64,000 bases of DNA from an uncultured bacterium (GTDB lineage: Bacteria > Krumholzibacteriota > Krumholzibacteriia > LZORAL124-64-63), in the NCBI GenBank assembly GCA_963732385.1, contig CAVSZB010000005.1:32001-96000 (forward strand). The letters run 5' to 3'. Within the stretch, counting starts at the first letter, position 1; each line of letters begins with the position of its first letter. Positions 39,601 through 45,841 of the stretch are shown one piece after another. The position numbers and the translations under genes were made by a program. The notes beneath the pieces were generated by a model that searched no databases, was not told the origin of the DNA, and was given only the letters and a program-made list of their open reading frames with translations.

Positions 39601-39782
39601 TGGAGCTGGCGCGGGCCGTCTGGTCGACGTGGGAGGTCGTGCGGACCGTCACCGTCGGCGCGGGGCAGTCGGTCCCGCTGGAGATCGGCGAGGCCTCGAA
39701 GGTCAACGACCAGGACGACCGGGCCAGGATCACGGCCCTGGCGGATGCGGAATACTCGCTCGACATGAAGAGCTGGACCTAG
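36693..39782 (+). CDS. Phospholipase D (Tle5-like) candidate effector with a long C-terminal extension
   Basis: Two HKD motifs (HQKTIIVD...GGIDL; HSKLLIVDD...GSAN); YVDGESY, WHD, FIYLENQ, LRKKLWAEHL; no signal peptide; follows DUF2169. Confidence 0.9.
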   Translation: MANEVHLTGQNVLDPPPRDRWFVDYLPLCGGDELTYYVDGESYATDLHAALTGAAQEICLTGLHFSGHFHLKRPGGCDPLKQDDPDTLQEILAARSKAGCEIYLLVNQFWPDEGKLAANYWRAYRDLDKLLWKMPSAIRGTIMASGGIPDYLERTFAFFKYLKDHGNAAKIHCYTDIHQGYIFHSNHQKTIIVDRKTAFWGGIDLTDIDGDRWDAAAHTPGNKLRNFDKPERNWHDLQMRAVKPQGAKVSAVDYVYANFLARYNHGYLYTPWRNGQGVLEAKQESGFPRLSPPGGKTAQDYVPKKHWYYPRQRERYQKQNVLAWPLVQVVRSMPAGAGGNYARNQHPLWNELRVAVQPDPDFPPQYVNPAFEHSARDAYLKGIAAAEKFIYLENQWVADDRIWAALFAAAEKHGAEADFRLLVVLPKKFLAAAGFGSEQTIDLNPYVEKLARIFKAKGRPENFGLFSILQPAAHQDPVRDQTQVPECVWDYMYVHSKLLIVDDCWALLGSANAGGISLTGLGTTSEPDTELSAIVLDERDDGSLVKQLRKKLWAEHLGVAEGNVADYKTGADLFHKQAKEQAFNTTSARRAHYNLLYYPSSPKAAAAPNQGVWRHLKWAQIQHQVKARVADPDAIHQTYYNLSGPLTAVHMLLERDPSRYEKLVANLYKTGVDKACDVRLQMPNPHLHDVPVLVRPQELVEFAVESEHPILEVDWMVGGALTDSANWVLDYQGSVSETTATVCSNGDMVRHLKKTIPCQGGVTHLSCESYGELKEAQKASLLLGTGAPTKPHTVFGAVKIGTALLLQRDDAAVERDKGVANRDLGDPKYWISRVTDNPWLQLRRDRAYPLYPGVLTPYDVKHILGDRMYVRLLQPLEFKYDGDKITHVRMSFWTWGHRSTLEVPAALFAKQVYGFFIGYYTNGARARAEEKFRLRADRVKLKAGWQRDYVHDDCDGSKLTVTCVSGSLRVELARAVWSTWEVVRTVTVGAGQSVPLEIGEASKVNDQDDRARITALADAEYSLDMKSWT

Positions 39783-39792
39783 GCGGCGGACA

Positions 39793-40404
39793 ATGGCACG
39801 CATCGAAATCGATCAGGGCGACTGCATCTCCAGTCTCGCGGCACGGCACGGGGTGCCGTGGGAGGCCATCTGGGACCATCCGGACAACGCCGACCTCAAG
39901 TCGCGGCGCGGGGATCCCAACGCCCTGCTGCCGGGCGACGTCGTGATCGTGCCCGATCCGCAGCTGAAGCAGGAATCGGGCGGCTCCGACACCCGGCATC
40001 GCTTCCGGCGCAAGGGGGCCGCTCCGCTGCTGCGGGTGCGCCTGCTCAAGGGGGGCGAGGCGTGGGCGAACGAGAAGTTCCGCGCCGTGATCGACGGGGC
40101 CTGGCAGGAGGGGACGACCGGCCCGGACGGGATGGCCGAGCTCAAGGTGCCGCCGGCCGCGCAAGGCGGCGCCATCCACATCGGCCCGGCCGACCGGCAG
40201 GACATCTACCACTTCCGGCTCGGGCACCTCGACCCGCTCGACACCGACTCGGGCGTCCGCCAGCGGCTGGCCTGCCTCGGCTACGCCGTGGGCGAGGAAG
40301 CGGCCGGCGCGATCCGGGCCTTCCAGGCGGCCGAGGGGCTGACCGAGTCGGGCCAGGCCGACGGCGCCATGCAGGCCAGACTCAAGGAGCGTTACGGGCG
40401 ATGA
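39793..40404 (+). CDS. LysM-like / transthyretin-like / peptidoglycan-binding protein (paralog 1)
   Basis: QGDCISSLA...IWDHPDNA...DPNALLPGD; GTTGPDG; LDP...GVRQRLACLGY...AIRAFQ...GL..SG. Confidence 0.8.
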   Translation: MARIEIDQGDCISSLAARHGVPWEAIWDHPDNADLKSRRGDPNALLPGDVVIVPDPQLKQESGGSDTRHRFRRKGAAPLLRVRLLKGGEAWANEKFRAVIDGAWQEGTTGPDGMAELKVPPAAQGGAIHIGPADRQDIYHFRLGHLDPLDTDSGVRQRLACLGYAVGEEAAGAIRAFQAAEGLTESGQADGAMQARLKERYGR

Positions 40405-40913
40405 ACGACCTGCCGCTCGGCAAGACGGTGCCGAAAGGGAAGGCGCACGGCGCGCTCGACGCACCGGTGATCGAAGTGTTCTTCCAGAAGTCGCCGGGCC
40501 GGGGCCTGGCACCCGACCAGGGCATCGCCGACCTTGAATACGAGGTCCGCATCGGCGGCAAGACAACGCAGACCGGCAAGACCGGCAAGGACGGGCTGAT
40601 CAAGGTGACGGCCACGGGCCCGGAGATCACGCTCGACCTGCGCGCGGGGGGCAGGACCGTCGCGAGCTACAAGCTGACCTGGACCGACGACCCGCTGGAG
40701 GCGGCCGCCACCCTGGAGGGACGGCAGCGGCGCCTGCGGCTGCTCGGCTACCAGATCGGGCACGCCGGAGCCGACGGGAGCGGCGTGGACGGCGTCACCG
40801 GCGGGGCGACCGAGCGCTCGATCCTCGATTTCCAGGTCGACCACGGGCTCGCCGCGGACGCGGCCGTCGGGAACAACACGCAGAAGCGCCTGGTGAAGGA
40901 AGCGGGGGCCTGA
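40401..40913 (+). CDS. Transthyretin-like + peptidoglycan-binding protein (paralog lacking LysM)
   Basis: GKTGKDGLI; GRQRRLRLLGY...GVDG..G...ILDFQVDHGLAADAAVG; ATGA overlap with the upstream gene. Confidence 0.75.
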   Translation: MNDLPLGKTVPKGKAHGALDAPVIEVFFQKSPGRGLAPDQGIADLEYEVRIGGKTTQTGKTGKDGLIKVTATGPEITLDLRAGGRTVASYKLTWTDDPLEAAATLEGRQRRLRLLGYQIGHAGADGSGVDGVTGGATERSILDFQVDHGLAADAAVGNNTQKRLVKEAGA

Positions 40914-40917
40914 AGCG

Positions 40918-42060
40918 ATGGACACGATCTCCGTCAGGGTCTTCCGGAAGCTGCAGGTCGTGGCGCCGGTGCGCTTCGCGCGCGCGGCCACCGGCAACCC
41001 GCGGCGGGACCGCCCCGATCCCGACGACCGCGGCTTCGCCATGGGCCACCGGCCGGGATCGTGGCAGAAGTCCGACGCGCGCGGCCCGATGCTCGGCCTG
41101 ACCGCCGGCGACGAGGTCACGCTGAAGGTCCTGCGCGAGGACATCAGCGCCGACGCCCCCATCCACATCACCAGCAGCGAGCCGGGCGTGGTGACCGTCA
41201 CCTCCCCTGTCGCGGGCACCCCCGTCGGGGCCGACGGCGAGTTCACGATCAAGGCGGCCGACAAGCCGGCCAACGCGCCGGCCAAGATCCAGGCGCGGCT
41301 CGGTTCCGCGACCGGGCCGGTGCTCGGCGAGCTGGAGCCGCACGTCTTCGCGCTGCGCTGGGTGCGGGTGCTCGCCCACCTGGTGACGATCGACGGCACG
41401 GCGACCACCCGCACCGCGGATTCGCTCGTGGCGCACTTCCGGCAGGTGAACGACATCTGGCGCCCGTGCGGGGTGCAGTTCATCTACGTGAAGGCCGCGA
41501 CCGTCACCGAGCGGATCACCGGCACGCGGTACCGGCGCCGGGACGGCACCATGGCCGCCCTGCCGGCACCGCTCGGCCCGGGCGGCAGCTACGCCGCCGC
41601 CGGCACGGTCACCACGAACCTCGGCGCCTCGCACTGGGAGGAATTCTCCACCCTGCTGCAGATCTACCCGGCGGCCAACGCGGTGAACGTCTACTTCGTC
41701 GGCGCGGCGCCCGAGTGGAACGGCCTGACGTACGATCACGACATCCCGCGGCCCAACGGCTACGGCATCGCGATCGCCGACGCGGCCTCCGCCACGGACA
41801 CGGCGCACGAGCTCGGGCACTTCCTGAACCTCGACCGCCACTCGGACGAGAACGCCACGGGCGCGATCGTCCGTCGCGACATGTGGAACATCCGGCGTCT
41901 CATGTACAGCGTCTGGCCCCCGGCGACCCCGGCGCACAGGCACGACGTCGGCTACGGTCCCAACCGCTACGGGGCGGTGATCTCCCTGAAAGACCTGCCG
42001 CGTGAGGCCAGCGACGGCGAGTGCCAGCGGGCGCGCAGTCGGGCCGCCAACCCCTACTGA
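40918..42060 (+). CDS. Metzincin-type zinc metalloprotease, candidate T6SS effector
   Basis: AHELGHFLNLDRH zinc motif and RRLMY Met-turn; VNDIWRPCGVQF; no signal peptide. Confidence 0.75.
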   Translation: MDTISVRVFRKLQVVAPVRFARAATGNPRRDRPDPDDRGFAMGHRPGSWQKSDARGPMLGLTAGDEVTLKVLREDISADAPIHITSSEPGVVTVTSPVAGTPVGADGEFTIKAADKPANAPAKIQARLGSATGPVLGELEPHVFALRWVRVLAHLVTIDGTATTRTADSLVAHFRQVNDIWRPCGVQFIYVKAATVTERITGTRYRRRDGTMAALPAPLGPGGSYAAAGTVTTNLGASHWEEFSTLLQIYPAANAVNVYFVGAAPEWNGLTYDHDIPRPNGYGIAIADAASATDTAHELGHFLNLDRHSDENATGAIVRRDMWNIRRLMYSVWPPATPAHRHDVGYGPNRYGAVISLKDLPREASDGECQRARSRAANPY

Positions 42061-42110
42061 GCGGCGGAGAGGGCGCGCGGCGCCGGGCCGCGCGCAGACG
42101 GTGGAAACGG

Positions 42111-43022
42111 ATGCAGAAACGCTTGCGAAGCGGTGAACTGGCGGTCGCGGCCCTGGCGCTGCTGGTCCTCTCCTGCGGGGGGAACCGCGATCACGCGGAT
42201 CGGCGCGACACGAAAGGCGACGCGGCGACGTCGGCAAGCCCGAAGGGAACAGCCATGCAACAGGCACAGATCATCGAGCGCATCCGGCAGGGGGACGGCT
42301 CCGTCATCGACGAGGTCGCCCCGCTCGGCCCCGGCATCACGCGGGACCTCATCCCCCTGACAAGCGACGCCGACCCCGAGGTGCGCGAACTGGCCCTCTA
42401 CTGCCTCAACGAGGCGGGCGGCCCCGAGGCGCCGGCCGTGTTCGCCGCCGCGCTGCGCGACACGGTGGACACCGTCCGCTACCGGGCCTGCCTCTTCCTG
42501 CACCGCCACCACACCCCGTCGCAGGGCCCCGAACTGCTGCGGCTGCTGCGCGACGAGCCCGATCCGTACGTGCGCGGCGAGCTGGCGCTGATCCTCGCGG
42601 AGATGGGCGACCGGGAGGCCACGCCGCTGCTGCGGGCGCGCCTGCCCCACGAGCCCGACCCGGAAGCGCGCGACAAGCACCGGCTGGCCCTGGCCCGTCT
42701 GGAGGACGGCCAGGAGCGTCGCGACATCCACGCGGCCCTCGCCGACGCCAGCGTGGAGGTCCGTTACCGGGCGCTGCGGGACTTCGCCTACCTGGGCGAC
42801 CGGACGCAGGCGTCGCGCCTGCTGCCGCTGCTCGACGACGAGCGGCCGGCCGAGAACGTGGCGCCCGGAGGCCACGCCCGTTTTGTCCGCCTGTGCGACG
42901 TCACGGTGCGCACGCTCGACGCGCTGCTCGCGCACCCGTTCCCGTTCCCGGTGGAGTTCACGAAGCAGTACTCGCCGGAGGAGATCCGGCAGGCGAAGGA
43001 AGTGCTGGCCACGCCCCGCTGA
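42111..43022 (+). CDS. HEAT-repeat lipoprotein, candidate immunity protein
   Basis: Lipobox-like LVLSC; repeats D.DPEVR, DTVDTVR, EPDPYVR, DASVEVR; immediately follows the protease. Confidence 0.7.
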   Translation: MQKRLRSGELAVAALALLVLSCGGNRDHADRRDTKGDAATSASPKGTAMQQAQIIERIRQGDGSVIDEVAPLGPGITRDLIPLTSDADPEVRELALYCLNEAGGPEAPAVFAAALRDTVDTVRYRACLFLHRHHTPSQGPELLRLLRDEPDPYVRGELALILAEMGDREATPLLRARLPHEPDPEARDKHRLALARLEDGQERRDIHAALADASVEVRYRALRDFAYLGDRTQASRLLPLLDDERPAENVAPGGHARFVRLCDVTVRTLDALLAHPFPFPVEFTKQYSPEEIRQAKEVLATPR

Positions 43023-43039
43023 GCCGCGCGGCGCGCGGC
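43023..43039. terminator. Short GC hairpin between convergent operons
   Basis: GCCGCGCG-G-CGCGCGGC between stops at 43022 and 43044; no U-tract. Confidence 0.3.
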
Positions 43040-43043
43040 CGCC

Positions 43044-43784
43044 TCAGCAGCCGTGCAGCTCGACGAGCTTGTCGCGGACGGCCTGGTCGATCTCGCCGCT
43101 GGCCTCGAGCCCGTTGCGCTCCTGGAACTCCCTCAGGGCGGCCCGCAGTTCCGGTGTCATCTCGTCGCTCCGGCCGCAGCGATAGCCGAGGTTCTCGAGG
43201 CGCTTGCACACGCCGGCGATCTGGTCGACCGGGTCCATGTCCCCCAGCCTCAGCGCGAAGACCTCCTGCCGGCTCGTGCCGGGCCGCACGACCAGCCGCC
43301 CCCGGCGCGCGCCGGGCGGGATGCGGCATTCGATGCGGCCGTCGCCGTCGGTGGTGCCGTCGGTGAGGATCCCGTCGACCTCCAGCACGTACGGCACGTT
43401 GGCGCGGGGCGACGGCGCGGCCGGGGCGGACGCGGCGGCGCCGGTTCCGCCTGACGCGGCCGCCGCGGGGTCCCTGAGCTGGAAGCGGAGCATGCCGGTC
43501 TCGCCGCGCCGCCTGAAGCGGTGCAGGCTGCCGGCCGGGCCCGTCTCCTGTTTCGGTCGCGGCTCCGGTATCGTGATCCGGTCGCCCGCCAGCAGGACGT
43601 GCGGGTTCCCGCGCACCCGCTTCAGCTCGGCGTTCTCCGGCAGGTCCCACAGGGTCCGCCAGAAGAAGCCGTGGCTCGCGGCGATGCTGTCGAGGCAGTC
43701 GCCCGCCTCGACGACGTAGTCCCCCTGCCCCACCGGGCCGGACGGGGGCGGTGAAGCGGCGCCGGGCGCGGAATTGCCGGTCAT
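43044..43784 (-). CDS. LysM-like / transthyretin-like / peptidoglycan-binding protein (paralog 2)
   Basis: YVVEAGDCLDSIA...LWDLPENA...NPHVLLAGD; GTTDGDG; MDP...GVCKRLENLGY...ALREFQERNGL. Confidence 0.82.
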   Translation of the reverse strand: MTGNSAPGAASPPPSGPVGQGDYVVEAGDCLDSIAASHGFFWRTLWDLPENAELKRVRGNPHVLLAGDRITIPEPRPKQETGPAGSLHRFRRRGETGMLRFQLRDPAAAASGGTGAAASAPAAPSPRANVPYVLEVDGILTDGTTDGDGRIECRIPPGARRGRLVVRPGTSRQEVFALRLGDMDPVDQIAGVCKRLENLGYRCGRSDEMTPELRAALREFQERNGLEASGEIDQAVRDKLVELHGC

Positions 43785-43794
43785 CGACGGCTCC

Positions 43795-45141
43795 TCAGAA
43801 GTCGTACATCACATCGGGCTCGGGCGGCGCGATGGAGGCCCGGATCGTCAGCCGGGTCAGGAACGGGCTGTGCGTGTGGCCGATCACGTAGACGGCGAAG
43901 TTAGGATTGGCGACGTAGGCCAGCGCGGCGGTGGTCAGGTAGTAGTCGCGCCGGCTCGGATCCCACTGGCGTATGCTCGGGGTCGTGAACACGCGGTTCG
44001 TGATCGACTGGCCGCTGACGGCCCCGTCGCGGTTGGCGCTGTCGCAGCGGTGGCCGTGCTCGATGTACACGCCATCCGCGCGGTACTCGCGCCGGCGCGC
44101 CGGCACGCCGGGCGGCACGTGCGCGGCCAGGTAGCAGTCGTGGTTCCCCCACAGCCACGACTTGTGGCCGACCGCGAGGGAGTGCAGCCCCGTGATGGCC
44201 TCGGGGTTCACCGCCGCCGTCCGGCGCATCCAGTAGTCGATGAACTCGACCGCCCCGAGGACCACCTCGCCGCCCCGGGCGCGCAGGTCCTGCAGCCGCA
44301 CCTCGTGGGCGTCGCGCTCCTGGAAGAACCGGTCGAGGCCGATCCACAGGTCGTACATGTCACCGGCCTGGACGAAGTGGATGCGGTCGCGCACGCCGGA
44401 GGCGCCGAGCAGCCGGGCGAAGAGCGCCAGGTCCGCCCCCGCGCCGCCGAAGATGTCCCCGGCAAGGTAGCGGTCGTACCAGGTCAGGACGCTGCCGGTG
44501 CGGTTCGGGTCGAAATCGAAGCGCCCCATCCGGTACTCCGGCTCGACCAGTTCCTGCCAGGCCACGAACTGGCCGCCCCGTTCGCCCCAGTGCTCCTGCG
44601 TGGCGGGGCGGCAGTCGACGAGCGGCAGGTGCAGGTCGCCCAGGATGACATGGACCTGGTCCCAGCTCACGGGGGCCCGGGACGGCGACCAGACGCGCTT
44701 GACGAGGCGGACGGAGCTGTGCGGCCCGCAGAGGGCCGCGATCACGTCGTTCATGGGACGGGCATTGACGGCCACGGTCGGCGGCGCGCCGCCGGCGCGG
44801 CTGCGGAATTCGCAGAGCGCGACCCACTGTCCCCAGACGAGCCCGAAGCTCCGCTGGGGGTTGGACCCGTCGCCCCAGCGGCCGACATCCATGAACGCCA
44901 GCACCGGCGGCGAGGTGATGAGGGTGTTGACGACCTGCGCGTCGGTGCGGCCCCGCGCCACGCACACCTCGCCCTGGTAGGTCAGCTCGGTCCAGACCGT
45001 GGCGATCACGCCCTGCCACGTGTCGGGCCAGTCTCCGACCGGCGCGTCGCACCGGGAGAGGTGGCCCGTCTCGGTGAACGTCAACTCGGCCGTGACGTCG
45101 TCCGGAATGGTCTCGCCGTAGCCATTGGGAATGTCAGGCAT
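43795..45141 (-). CDS. Calcineurin-like metallophosphoesterase, candidate T6SS effector
   Basis: All five motifs present: GDLH, GDMYD, GNHD, HGH, GHTH; no signal peptide; two genes downstream of vgrG. Confidence 0.8.
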   Translation of the reverse strand: MPDIPNGYGETIPDDVTAELTFTETGHLSRCDAPVGDWPDTWQGVIATVWTELTYQGEVCVARGRTDAQVVNTLITSPPVLAFMDVGRWGDGSNPQRSFGLVWGQWVALCEFRSRAGGAPPTVAVNARPMNDVIAALCGPHSSVRLVKRVWSPSRAPVSWDQVHVILGDLHLPLVDCRPATQEHWGERGGQFVAWQELVEPEYRMGRFDFDPNRTGSVLTWYDRYLAGDIFGGAGADLALFARLLGASGVRDRIHFVQAGDMYDLWIGLDRFFQERDAHEVRLQDLRARGGEVVLGAVEFIDYWMRRTAAVNPEAITGLHSLAVGHKSWLWGNHDCYLAAHVPPGVPARRREYRADGVYIEHGHRCDSANRDGAVSGQSITNRVFTTPSIRQWDPSRRDYYLTTAALAYVANPNFAVYVIGHTHSPFLTRLTIRASIAPPEPDVMYDF

Positions 45142-45175
45142 GGGCCCTTCCTGCCACCGGCGGCGATCGTCCGCC

Positions 45176-45841
45176 TCAGGATCCGTGCTCCGCGGCCAAT
45201 TTGTCGCGCGTCTTCTGGTCCGGCTCGCCCGTCGCCTCGAGATCGCAGGCCCGCTGGAAGTCGCCGAGCGCGGCGCGCGTCGGCTCGTCCAGCGCGCCCG
45301 ACGCCGGGCACGGATAGCCCAGGTTCTCGAGCCGCTGCTGAACGCCGGTAAGCGACTCGACCGGATCGAGCCCGCTCAGCCGCAGCTCGAACGTCTGCTG
45401 GTCCTGCTCGTCCTGCCCCACGACCAGGGTGCCGCGCTGCGCGTTCGGCGGCACCGGCACCTCGACCACGCCATCGCCGTCGGTGCTGCCCTGACTCAGC
45501 CTGCCGTCGATGTTGAGCGTGTACGGCTCGTTCTTGCGCGGCTCGCCATCGCGCAGGATCCGCACGCGCAGCTTCGACGGCAGCCCCTTGCGGTGGAAGC
45601 GGTGCTTGCGGCCGTCGGCCCCGGGCTCCTGCTTCGGGCGCGGGTCGGGAACCTGCACGCGGTCGCCCGGCAGCAGCAGCGACGGGTCCTTGCGCTCCCG
45701 CTTGAGCTGCGCGTTGTCGGGGTGGTTCCAGAGGGTGTCGGGCAGGTAGCCGTGCGCCAGGGCGATGCTCTCGATGCACTCGCCCTGCTTCACGACGTAA
45801 TTCCCGCCGCCCACCGGTTTCGCCGTCGCGCCGTCGGCCAT
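45176..45841 (-). CDS. LysM-like / transthyretin-like / peptidoglycan-binding protein (paralog 3)
   Basis: YVVKQGECIESIA...LWNHPDNA...DPSLLLPGD; GSTDGDG; LDP...GVQQRLENLGY...ALGDFQ; abuts the vgrG stop. Confidence 0.82.
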   Translation of the reverse strand: MADGATAKPVGGGNYVVKQGECIESIALAHGYLPDTLWNHPDNAQLKRERKDPSLLLPGDRVQVPDPRPKQEPGADGRKHRFHRKGLPSKLRVRILRDGEPRKNEPYTLNIDGRLSQGSTDGDGVVEVPVPPNAQRGTLVVGQDEQDQQTFELRLSGLDPVESLTGVQQRLENLGYPCPASGALDEPTRAALGDFQRACDLEATGEPDQKTRDKLAAEHGS

